From: Utricularia gibba
Taxonomy: Eukaryota > Plantae > Magnoliophyta
Length of the DNA: 64,000 nt
Direction: 5' to 3'
Assembly (NCBI GenBank): GCA_002189035.1
Contig: NEEC01000008.1
Span: 434,001 to 498,000 of the forward strand
The notes below the pieces were generated by a model. That model had not been told where the DNA came from, ran no database searches, and saw only the letters and a program-made list of their open reading frames with translations. Every line of letters begins with the position of its first letter. Within the stretch, counting starts at the first letter, position 1. The translations under genes and the position numbers were made by a program. Below, in pieces: positions 53,001 to 64,000 of the stretch.

Positions 53001-54041
53001 TCCTCGCCTTTCCCTAGTTGTCCCCTTTGTTGCCACCTTTGTGAAGTGGGAGTGGAGAGGAAGAAGTGGCTTCGACTCTTCTCTTTAAATAGGGTTCATC
53101 CTCCCCTTGATTCCCATTATAGATATTTCCATATCTTCAAGATTTGAACTCTCCTTAGATTAGGAAAATTCACTTTAACCATATCTTTTCATATTTCACC
53201 ACCTTCGCATGCCATGCATGTCGTCACCGTGTCTCGCACATGTCCCATTCGTGTGTGATGTGCGCTTGTGTACACACATGCTGTGCGCGTGCTATCCCTA
53301 TCTCATGCGTGTGCGTGTGCGCCCCTGCTAGCCTCTATGCATGTGAATGCTCCCTTGTTTGCCCGCTAGCCTCTGCACACGTGGTACCTCCTCTATTCGC
53401 CCACTAGGCTCTATGCGCACATGCTTCCATGTTCATCTGCTATCCTTTGAGTGTTGCGCATGCTGTTTGCACGCTCTCTCACCATCTTTACTCGCCATCA
53501 TGCTCGTATGATATCTCGCCCGTGTGCTATCCGCATGCGCCCTGCACTAGCCTCTGCCACCCTTGGTACTCACACGACATTCGCATACACCCCGTGCTAG
53601 CCTCTACCACCATGCTACTCATGTGCTCCCCACACACACCCATGCTAGCCCTTGCTGTGTACATGCCCTCCGTGCATTCCATGTGCTAACCTCTCTTGCC
53701 AACACTACTCGTGCAATCTACCTCATTTCCATACATCTCCTAGCACCCCTTGATCAGACCCTCATATTCCATCCCAAACACATATAAACCAAGTAAGATT
53801 TAGGAAAAACATTGGTACTTTATGTCGGGTTCGTCACACTTCCCTCACTAATCCCCTTGAACACCCAAACCATTACACAATGGAATCATCATTTAGAAGA
53901 CAAGGGGGCACTGTGCTGTGCTCAATGTATTATGAATAATAGGGCCCAGTATAATATAAGGGCTAATGGGGCCCAAGTTGCAAGGACCAAGGCTGTTTTA
54001 CGGGATGCCCGCCCAAGAGGACGATTGCTTTGCCTGAGCAT

Positions 54042-54049
54042 TTTCCCGC
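54042..54049 (+). promoter_or_regulatory. E2F binding site upstream of the POLA2 start codon
   Basis: TTTCCCGC, an exact match to TTTSSCGC, about 64 bp before the ATG of a replication gene. GGGCCCA site II-like motifs at ~53942 and ~53969. Confidence 0.75.
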
Positions 54050-54112
54050 CATTTATCTGAGCCTTGTTGTCTTCCAGAATCAGTTCCCTAACGCCAAGCT
54101 TGTGACTGTGAA

Positions 54113-57100
54113 ATGGAGGAGGAAATCAAGGCCGAATTTGTCAACAACGGTTTCAGCTTCGACAATGAGGAAGAAATTCTCGGGAAATGTGAGGATTTTT
54201 GTCATTTTTACAAAGCTTTTCCCACTTTTCCACTGATAAAGGCAACCAACCTGTTTCGTCGGAATGCCTTACGAGTCTAGGTTTGGCGATTTGTATCCAG
54301 TATCAGCTAAGTGCTTCAGATCTTGTATCCAGTTGGGATGCTTACTCAATCAATAGGTAAGAATGCTTGTCATCATGCGAAGAAGGGTGGGTTTGGATCT
54401 GTCTGTCTTTGATACCCTAACTGCTGCTCTGAAATTCTGGGTGGTTAATGAATTGAGTTTATAAGGCCAGTTTCAGAATTTTTCTCAGAATTGGATTTAT
54501 ATCTCTGCTCGAAGATACAAGGCTACCAAGGCCTGATCTTGCTGTTCTTCGCCACAATTTTTCAGAGGGCTTGAGTATACCGTACGGGAGTCGCACATGG
54601 GGGCGTTCTTGGAAGAAATCCTGGACGAGCATAAGAAGAAAGTCCGAGGGAAACAATCAGGATTGCATCTGTATTATAATGAAGTGGAAATGTGAGTCTC
54701 TCGTTATGCTTCGTTTTTCATTCCCTACATGCTTATCCAGCGTGAGGATCGATGTATTGCAGGACAGCAACTAAATAACACACCCATTACACCCAACTGT
54801 GTTGACAAGTTTGACTCTTGATGTGTTGCATGAATGTTAACCCAGGTTATTGAATGGAGATTACGAGGATATGGATGCCCCATTTGACACTCCTACCGAG
54901 AAGCGAGCACTGTCACATGATAAACCTACCGATGCAACACCAGATACAAATAGAAGCAAATTTTCCTTGGAAGAAACGCTTAAATCAGTCACGCCTTTTT
55001 GCACCAGAGTGAACAAGTTTGTAGTGCATTCTACACTCAATGAGAATCTTGCTACCATGGAATCTGAGCTGGGTCCAACATATACGGGCGATGATATTAT
55101 TAAGAAGGTCCAACCGACCCAAAAGTGCTCATTCGTGATCATCCACTCACATCCTCAGCCTGGTTGCAGGTTCATGTATGATAGGATCGAAGATAAGGTC
55201 ATGAATGTTTCATTTACTTGAGTGATTCTAGCTTCGTATGTTTTCTAACTTGATATTGTTTCTTATGTAGTTTAATTTCTTGGAAGATCGCATAAGAAAG
55301 CGGGCCATTGCTTATGCCTCTTCCGGGCATTACGAGGAACCTGTTGACCCCTCGGTGGCTTCTCAGGCATTTATTTATTTATTATTTTGCTTGTGATATT
55401 CCTTTTCGCAGTGCTTTTATTATGTCAAAGATAAATAGGCTTCCTATTTCAGAAAGGTATTTTTGCTGTTGGCATGATCTGTTGTGAGGAAGAGGGTCAT
55501 CTGAAAGAAAAGCCTGTTCTTCTTCAAAGCAGGTAATGTCAGCTGCTTAAATTAAGGCAACCTACTGAATATCGGTTATATTGACCTGTTTATATTGATT
55601 TACCTTTTTGGATGCTTTGATAGTGTAGAGCATTCTGGTGGGCAGCGTGTTCGCCTGGACTTGCAAAAGCTGAACCTGTTTTCAGTTTTCCCTGGTCAGG
55701 TTAGAATGATTTCTCATTTGGTGACTGAAATATTGAATTTTTTTTTATGCTGTAGTTCATTCGGCATCATAAAAGCGTGTTTGCCTTGCAGGTAGTAGGA
55801 ATTGAAGGCCATAATCCAAGTGGGCATTGTCTTATTGCATCTAAGATTATTGATCACATTCCTTTACCGATTACAAAAACTGAAGAAAACCCTGACAAAA
55901 CACAGGCACTGGAAAGTGCTCCACAGTTAACCAACGCACCACAAGATATGCCCCATTTGTCGATGGTATGCATGCTGAAATTATGCCTTTTGGAAAGAAT
56001 TTTTCATCTCCTGTATAATGGAGAATTTAACAGATCATTGCTGCTGGACCTTTTACGACGAGTGATAATTTGCTGTTTGAGCCACTGTCTGAACTTCTGT
56101 CATATTCTCTAAGAAAGCAGCCTCATGTCCTGCTGCTGGTGTGTGCCGACTATGTCTTGTCACTCAGCTATTCGCTCTATCCATGGCTTAGAACATGAAT
56201 ATGATGGAAGCCTTTTTCTTTTTTTCATAGCTAGGGCCCTTTATTGATTCTGACCATCCAGACCTTAGAAAGGGAACTGCACCTCAGACCTATGATGAAA
56301 TGTTCCGCACAGAGATCCTTGGAAAGGTGATGCAAAATAGAAATGGATGAGTTATTGCTGCTTTGTGTACCTTACTGCCTTATCCTTACTCCTGTGTCCT
56401 GTGATGTTTATGCAGCTTCAAGATTATGTTGAGTACATGGGTCCTGGTGTTCGGGTTATTCTTGTGCCGTCTCCCAGGGATGCTCATCACGATTTCGTAT
56501 TCCCCCAGGTTAACTTAGCTTCATTCTGAATCCAAAAAAGACAGTGGGCTATGTCGCTTGAGAGTTATTTTCGATACTTTGCAGCCAGCGTTTGAAGTTC
56601 ATCCCAAGGACTCCAAGAATCAGGTGAAGCATATAAGCTTCTTGGCTAACAGATATTTATGTTGCTGAGATTCGCAAATGCGTTTGTCTTCATTCTTCTC
56701 CAGATTCACACCATCTCCAACCCTGGTGTTTTTTCTGCTAACGAGGTGGGCCATTTAAAACATCTGACCTCACTGTTCTGTTTTTTTTGCTAACCACATT
56801 AATAAACTTTGAAGGTGAAAGTCGCCTGCTGTTCAGTTGATGTACTGAAGCAGTTGAGTGCAGTAGAGATATCTCGAAATCCAGGGGCCTCCAAGCAACG
56901 GTTGGCAAATCTAGCAAAGCATATCTTGAACCAAAACAGGTGATGATGCTACTAAATACTTCATCCTCGAGGAACTACTTGCCTAATTTCATTATTTCTA
57001 TGCTTTCAGCTTCTACCCTCTATATCCACCCGCCGAAGAAGTTCCCTTTGACTTTTCTCTTGCAAAGGACGCTCTCGACATCTCGTCGATCCCAGATGTA

Positions 57101-57408
57101 CTAGTCTTACCTTCTGACTTGGCACAATTTGTGAAGGTAATGTCCTGTTTTTCTGCACTTGTTTTCAAGAGCTTGTAGAAAGGTTGCTCCTCTGGGCACA
57201 GAAAACTACGACACCCCACCGAAGCTAGACTTGAAAGGATTACTCAACAGGTGCTCTCCCTCGGAGAAGAGAACAGTGGACAACAGCAACTTGAGTGCAT
57301 TTGTGTCAATCCAGGGCGGCTTGCTAGAGGTGAAGGTGGAGGTTTTTTGCAGAAATCAACTACAGAGGGAACGCCCGCTCAACAATCGCATCAATCATTC
57401 GCATATAG
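54113..57408 (+). CDS. POLA2: DNA polymerase alpha subunit B (p70/Pol12 homolog), 16 exons, intact
   Basis: Exons 54113-54188, 54281-54356, 54566-54691, 54846-55197, 55271-55366, 55453-55532, 55624-55699, 55792-55965, 56034-56138, 56231-56326, 56416-56508, 56585-56623, 56704-56745, 56815-56939, 57010-57136, 57251-57408. Motifs MEEEIKAEF, FMYDRIEDK, FSVFPGQVVGIEGHNPSG, IIAAGPFTT, LGPFIDSDHP, SFYPLYP, PDVLVLPSDL, VNPGRLARG. Confidence 0.95.
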
Positions 57409-57662
57409 TTTCACAAGTATTCATTGAGAAAGACCTAGCGACATTGTGGTAAGCCTTGTGACTACTGTCAAATTTCATGATTGACAACAAGCAGGAGTAT
57501 GGAATATGCATGAAGTATATTACCGCCCAAGTCCCCTGCAAAATCACCCCAAAATATATTTTCATACTGATCGTGATGAACAAATTCCATCAAATAACAA
57601 AACAAGACTGGGACCATGTTCATGATCTCACCTTCATGCTTTGCGAACTAACACTAGCACAA

Positions 57663-58845
57663 TCATGAACGTGCTTGAGAATGCTTCTTTGAATTATTCC
57701 TACGGCGAATCTTGACGAATGCATTCTCCATGAACTGCATATTTTATGTATAGCAGTGAGTTCAGGAGCCAAACTTAAGCTTCAAGTGAATGACAAGGAC
57801 ATGCCCCTTCAAATTGGGAAGCAAACCACAGAGTTCACCTGAGAATCGTCTGTGTATGATGGGTTCTCAGTCCAAAGCCCCTCAAAATTGTAATAAGCCC
57901 TTGCCTTCTCATCCACCGCGTGAACAATCAGCTTACCTGCCAAAATAGTCATTTTCGATGTTTCTTCGCAATTCAATTCAATTCAAAATCTATGTTGCCC
58001 AAAGGCTCAATGGCCCATGCTACAGTGACAGCCAAGGGAAATCAGAAGGAAAATAAGACAACCACTATCATGGCACAAAATCACGCACTAATCCATGGCT
58101 ATTAGGGTAATCTAGCTCAGCAAAATGCACTAATCATTACTACAAAAATAACTTGCCCAAATTTCATGGAATCTGAGTGGTCTCTTTCATGAGACAATTT
58201 GAGGTTCGAAATGAACGTAAGTATACCAGAGTCTATAACAATCCATTTGCCACCCTCTTGCCCAACCACTGAAGGTAACAATATCCTCTTGGCTCCCTTC
58301 TGCTTTTGCTTTACCTATTCATTTGAATGAAAAATTCCTTTACCAATGACAAGACTGTGAAGAGGAACAACCCCAAAACCAGCAAATCTTGGCGCCATAT
58401 TGAAACTAGAAAACATCAGAAAAATTGCGTGTATTGATATTCACTGTTTAAACAAGTCACCAAAAACATATCAATTACAACCATACTAACGTAAGGATAA
58501 CTCTGTGGCTACCTGATAAACTAGGGCTTGAGCAATATTGCGAACATGCCATGGAGATCTACCGGTGGCAACGACCATGTAATCGGCGAATTCATAACGT
58601 TTTGGAACTTGAATAACTCTCACATCATCCGCTCTGACATCTTTGAGTATTTTCTCGACCTCTGACAAGCTCAGCTGCTCCGTTTCCTTCTCTGCGACAG
58701 CTACCCCGCCTCCGTCGCCTTCTCTGTTAACGGGCGACGTAGGAAAATGAGGATCCTGAATAAAAGAAGAGGCGAAGGATCTCCAATTCTGTGTGATCCC
58801 TGATGGAGTACGATTTAGACCACGGCCGCGTAAAACCCACCACAT
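57663..58845 (-). CDS. Iojap-related / RsfS (ribosomal silencing factor) protein, mitochondrial type, 4 exons
   Basis: Exons 58845-58513, 58314-58227, 57936-57839, 57734-57663. Motifs LSEVEKILKDVRADDVRVI, DYMVVATGRSPWHVRNIAQAL, WIVIDSGKLIVHAVDEKARAYYNFEGLW. Arg-rich N-terminus resembles a presequence. Confidence 0.92.
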
Positions 58846-58912
58846 GGCGTACCCTCGTCGCCGGCGACTTTATGAGAAGCGTTTTTATGTTCTACCCCGC
58901 AAGTTAGGATGT

Positions 58913-58946
58913 TGGGCCTACGGGCCTCCTTTTTCAAATTCACGTG
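58913..58946. promoter_or_regulatory. Site II (TGGGCC) and G-box (CACGTG) upstream of the Iojap-related gene
   Basis: TGGGCC at 58913-58918 and CACGTG at 58941-58946, within about 100 bp of the ATG. Site II motifs are common in promoters of nuclear genes for mitochondrial proteins. Confidence 0.45.
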
Positions 58947-60384
58947 ATTAGGTCCAGGCCATCCAAATATGATGCCATTTCTCACCATGCATCTTAGTCG
59001 CGCTTGTGATCCACGTCCTCCGGCCTGTTTCGTTCAATTTATAGAAAAATCATTCTTAAGAGTTTTTATTAAAATAAAAATTAATTTTTTTGTATCTTTT
59101 TAAAAATAAAAATATATTTATTTATTTATTTAATAATGAAATCATTTTTAAAACGTTCTTATATAAATAAAAATTGTTTCAAATAAAAATCAAATTCACA
59201 TGCACGCTTTAAGGGATTACATACGACACTTCGTATAAATTATGAAAACAATAATGTAAAACCATATATATTCCATATACTTCTTTAGTTCAAATAAATC
59301 AATATCCATAATTCCATGTCTAGTTGTCGATACCTCTGTAGTCGGGCGTCTTTCTCAAATACGAACAAGAGGCAATTCATCGTGTCTGCTATCCAGTTGC
59401 TCTTGCCACTTTGTAAGGTCATTGTCAAATTCATCGTCTTCCCCTTAGTTTCTAGGTGCAACACCGACAATGTGGGTGAAGGGTGCGGATCCCCGTTGTG
59501 TATGGTTTATGAGTTATCCGATTCGTTTCTTTTGTGCCCTTTGATCAAAGGTTGACCAAAGATGCTTCTAATTGTTATATCTTTTGTTGCTTCCCTACTT
59601 TCTCAATGAGATCTATATTTCTATTTTGTTTTCGGAGCTAGGGTTTCCATATTTATTTATTCTGGTATATTTATTTGTCATAATTGATACTTGTCAGTTC
59701 ACATCAAGTTCAAATGGAGTTCATGTCTAGGAGCATTCATCCCAATCTTTTGACTATTATCAAATACTTGATCTGAATGATGTGACTAGTGAGTATATCT
59801 ACAATGATTTCCTACAAAAAAATCTAAACGATTATGGGGAATTTGACTTCACTCCGACTCAAATATCGGTGGTGATTTAATGCTAAAGTACAAGAATGAC
59901 TACAAAGTGTATGGTGCAAATGTTCTCTCTGAAGAAGATTATGAAAACTTGGATTTTGAGTTAGAAGAGGAAGCACAAAAAGAAGACTTAGGAGATTTGG
60001 TAGAGAGGGGAGGGGGAGCCTTCCAGAAGAACCACTTTAACAATCACTTTGCGTTGAGATTTCTTTCAAGGGACAAAGGTTTTCCACCAAAGAAGATTTT
60101 CATAGAGAAGTTGAAGAATTTTCTATACAAATTGAAAAGGAGTACACAATAGTTGATAGTGAACCAAAGACACTAACCATGATATGCAAACATCTCAAAC
60201 AAATCAATTGCAAATAGAGAATTCATGCTGCTTACCATAAAAGGATTGAGGATTGGAAAATTACTAACACCGACCCTCACACTAGCACACGGCTCGGTGA
60301 TGGTTTTTTTTTGACACAAAAATATTAATGCAACATATATTGTGAAGATAGTGAAACCATTTGTGGAGATATATATAGATAAAA

Positions 60385-61870
60385 GTGTTGGTGTATGTGT
60401 TCTACAGAAAATCAACTCATTGACAAATTTTTCTTTTGTTATCTTGATATTTATTTTGAATTGTGATCAAGTTTATATCACTGATAAAATCCTTTACTTG
60501 ATCTATATGCTATAAAAATTATGATGAGATAATAATGTGAAAGTCTTCAAACATTTATGTTCAAATTAAAAATTCAATGGCTAGAGTATTTGTGAAATAA
60601 AGATATCACAAATGTGGATAAGCTAGCACATATTGAATTCTCTAAATTATTTAGACAATGATTCTTACAACTGATGTAATGAGATTACTAGAACCAAATG
60701 TGTGGGTGTCGATTAGAGAATAGATCTACTGGATGACTCATCTTCGAGATGCTACTATGAGAAGCTAATCAAGTGTCAGTAGCAAGATCTCGAATATAAT
60801 AGTCATGCAAGTAATCTTAGACTTGAGGTCAGCGAAGTTATCTTGATCTTAAACTCGCATTTTCGCTCATGAATAATGGAAGTCTAACCATGACTTGTCT
60901 AGTATGAATGAGAAGGGATGTGATTCCTTAAGGTTGGAGATAGTTGATGGATCAATAAAGGATTCATTACTCATGTTAACTATGAGATCTTATTTCAAGT
61001 AATTGCATCAAAGCTTAACATTAAATCTTGGGTCCAAGGTAATAACACTCAAAGAGTTTGAGCAGATCATTGAGTGATAGTACTTAAATGCAATTATAAG
61101 TTCGATATATCAGAAAGACACATACCCATGTTTTGGTATCGAATGAGATATATGTATGATGAAAATTGTTCATTGCATGGTGGCTAGTTATGGAAAGGCT
61201 CAATAGTTCACCTAATTATTCTTACATCTTGGGGATCATGATATGTTGCTAGACATCACTCATGATCGATAATGATGGATTTAATTATTTAAGAATTAAT
61301 TAATAAATTCATTATTACAACATTGATTGAAGAAGCCTATAGGGTCACACACAATAATGGAGTCACTCATCGATATAAAATAGAATGATACTATTACATA
61401 AGATTTAATTAGTAAAGTGGATAAATTAAATAGAGAGTTATTTTGAGATTAATATTGATTAAACTCAAAATAAAAGATATGATATAGATAAGATTTGGAA
61501 CATATATATATCTTCACAAGATAAGATCTTTACGGAGATTTCATTAGATATATTACAAATATTTATATAATATAATCAGAAAGATTCAATCCGTAAAGAT
61601 TTTCATATCCTCGTTTTCTCAACTAGCACTTGAGGATATCAACCATAATTCTGTGGACTTGAGAAGGTTATCGACAGAGTGCTACACGTGTAGATAACAT
61701 AGAGGTCGTCTACTGTTGGCGGTTAGTGAACAACAGAATCCACTGAAAGGTATTTTCAGTATCTTTTTATCTTACGTATACCATATTCCAAGATCTATCT
61801 TTGGGGTTTCTCAAAAAAATTTTAAATTTTGCTGTTTTTCTAACATGCAATGTGTACAAGAAATCTAACA
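60385..61870 (+). mobile_element. Solo LTR of an Angela-like Ty1/copia family, decayed
   Basis: Starts TGTTGGTGTATGTG and ends ATCTAACA. Flanks TAAAG / AAAAG match at 4 of 5 bases. Internal GGGGATCATGATATGTTGCTAGAC and CCTATAGGGTCACAC motifs that I associate with Angela LTRs. Confidence 0.6.
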
Positions 61871-62879
61871 AAAAGGTGGTAGTTGTAATTACTGTTATTG
61901 AAATTAGTACTAGATATAAAATCTCATATCAGCATGCATGATATAGACTACATAAGACTTTCAAGATCATTTATTGCACTAGGGAGGTGCCTTTACAATT
62001 AGGAGTAAAAGATGTAAACATGCACTAATCATTTCCATATTTTGAAGCATTCAAAACTATGTATTATTACATTATGTTACAACTACACTAGACTTATACT
62101 CAAGTTCTAACTACGTTCAACAACTCAATTGGGCATTCAAGCATACATGAAAATTTCATCAATAAGAGTGCTTTCAAAGATTGAATAAAGGACCTTAACG
62201 CACCTTGGCCTTCGAAAGGTTGCTGATTGTCATTTCTTCTTTTTTTTTTTTTTTTTTTTTTGTCTACATAGATTGAGATTGAGGAGTTGTCAGTTCTACC
62301 CAAACAATTGTTATTTCTCTCCTTGTATGTAGAGTATGGGCCAAGCACTCCTCTCTTTATTTCTCCTAGGATTTCTGCTACTCCTCTGAGTTGTCCCAGT
62401 ACCCCTCCTTCTTCTCGTTACTCTGTCATAGACACACTTGATGTATCAAGATGTATGGCTTCATCGGTTTTCTCTTGATGATGCTTTTCTTGGACTTTTT
62501 TTTCTATGTCTATGACATCCTTTCATTACAACCAATTTCTAAGAAGAGAGAAGACATGCTAGTTCATAAAAAAAATTTAGAAAGCACAATTCCAATTACA
62601 TTGCACATGCCGCTAACTCATGCAAATGGTAAGGTGAAAACTCATGCTCATTGATAGGTAAAAAGCTATAGCATAATTCCTGCATCATGTACATCATGGA
62701 AAACATCACACATACACAAGGAAATTCCACAAACAACTAACAAAATTCTTCTAATCCTAATACCAAGTTACTAAATTATTCCTAACCTTGATTAATACCA
62801 AGAAAATAAAATAATAATAATAATAATAAAACACACAAAATGTAGTAATTGTTACTTGATTAAGGAGGAGTCCTTCACT

Positions 62880-63800
62880 CCCTACTTACTTCTCGCAACA
62901 AGTCCCCAAGCTTATAATAAACCATATCTATCCTTTCCTTACAGCAGCAATTTTTCTCATTTTTCGGTTTGTCTGGCCCCTAAGAGGTGCTTTCTTTTTC
63001 TTTGTGTTGATTTGCCTCATTGAAAAGGCCTTCAAGAGACCTAAAAAAAAAACCTCCTCCTCTAACTTGAATAAAGCTAGCAATTTTAGGAAAATATGCA
63101 TTTAAAGGAGATAATTTCATTTCTACATGAAAGAACTCTAACTCAGAAATTTTATCAAAGCACAACCTTTGAGGAAAAAAAGTGACAATATTACTGAACC
63201 CAAGATGGTTTATGGTATTCCTCCAATAATCCTTGTTCACCTTTTCTACTAAAATCGCTCCTAGATTCAAGATTTCTTGTACAACAAGCACCATATGATA
63301 AATAAATCACATTTATAAAGAGAATTAAATCGTAAGGTTCTACCAAAAAGCACAGCAGAAATAAGTAGGTGAACATATCGCATAGGAGGGTCTATGAATA
63401 AATCAGCTTTCGTCCCCTTAAATTTAAATTATGACATGTTGATCAGTTAAAATTCTATACAACTCCTCAGCATCAAATAATCAAGATAGTCAAATAGGGA
63501 AGTAGCAAATTCATGCAATTCAACATGGTGTTTTGAATAGAATCCTAAAGCTACATTCCACATTTAGTAATCGAAAGTGAAAAATTCTTTCCTAGCAGTT
63601 TAAACGTGATGGCTGATAGTGCAAGCATAGTCTCCAATTTCTCATGACAAAAAGTAAAGGCAAATTCATGCATCAACTTAACATAAGAAGGATGATTCAT
63701 ATCACACAAAGTAAAAAGTGAAAAATTCTCTAGAATTGAATGAACATCCATACCTATATCTAATTCCACTAATATTTCGAAATCTATAATTCAATAAGAC
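62880..63800 (-). pseudogene. Decayed Athila-like 3' extra ORF and PPT-proximal region; element continues to the right
   Basis: HPSYVKLMHEF...AITFKLLGKNFSLSIT aligns by eye with LPVYLKLVFEF...LISFRLAGKNFRMSIN at 19855-20325. CCCCAAGCTT at ~62904 resembles an Athila PPT region. Confidence 0.6.
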
Positions 63801-64000
63801 ATCACCTTTGCCCCTTTTACCTCATTGTACCTCGCTAAAAATTCTTTATCATCAAAGTGGAGGTATTTGAGGTTGAGCATCTGTGCATGTTGCTAGTCAT
63901 TTTCTATTGCGATTTCCCTTTCCTTTCTTCTTCGTGTCTACCTGATCTCAAAAATAATGTGACAATGTTAGGCAAATTTTTTCTCTTTTCATTTGTACAT

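Larger units (their letters stand above)
44552..53838 (-). mobile_element. Old, heavily decayed Tekay/Del-type chromoviral Ty3/gypsy element
   Basis: Direct repeats at ~44552-47908 (interrupted) and ~52150-53838, roughly 80% alike by eye. 5' LTR starts TGTGACGAACCC; PPT at 47909-47922. Internal remnants: [25 protein letters not shown] (RT); LGAILMQDGHVIIYAS (RNase H); chromodomain VKVQWMRRGVEEST*E near 47990-48050. No TSD match and no intact PBS; inner LTR boundaries approximate. Confidence 0.85.

Noticed and set aside
44547-53787. Cys/His-rich ORFs at 44668-44991, 47367-47958, 52097-52461 and 53429-53787
   Set aside because: They are translations of TG/CA-rich Tekay LTR sequence, not metal-binding proteins.
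44547-53843. Target-site duplication for the Tekay element
   Set aside because: The flanks TTACA and CTTCC do not match, so a single clean insertion is not supported.
54763-54845. Apparent truncated POLA2 exon 3 (QQLNNTPITPNCVDKF) implying a deletion
   Set aside because: A better, phase-correct exon 3 exists at 54566-54691 (GLEYTVRESHMGAFLEEIL...GLHLYYNEVEM). The other stretch is intronic.
57159-57452. 97-aa ORF as the POLA2 last exon
   Set aside because: Wrong frame. The conserved VNPGRLARG C-terminus uses the acceptor at 57250/57251.

Overview
AT-rich plant (eudicot-like) nuclear DNA. There are two pairs of host genes. On the left, a TNO1-like coiled-coil gene (minus strand, runs off the left edge) sits head-to-head with cytosolic GAPDH. 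On the right, DNA polymerase alpha subunit B sits tail-to-tail with a mitochondrial-type Iojap/RsfS gene. Between them lie about 45 kb of nested transposons: a Mutator-like MITE hit by two solo LTRs, a full-length Athila-type Ty3/gypsy element (TSD GACTA), a ~15 kb block with hAT-like ends, and an old Tekay/Del chromovirus with a Tat/Retand fragment in one LTR. The hAT-ended block holds a decayed hAT transposase, a young Ty1/copia element (TSD GTGCC) and two intron-containing genes I reconstructed by hand: a Transposase_28 (TRP28)-like domain spliced in frame to an FCP1/NIF-type HAD phosphatase, and a TRP28-like domain linked to a coiled coil and a C-terminal AT-hook that appears only when the copia is removed. 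These cargo genes are the best candidate for an undescribed system. Nearly all frameshifts in the host gene and the younger elements are single-base losses in homopolymer runs, which points to assembly error. All calls were made by eye from recalled family motifs; no alignments or database searches were run.
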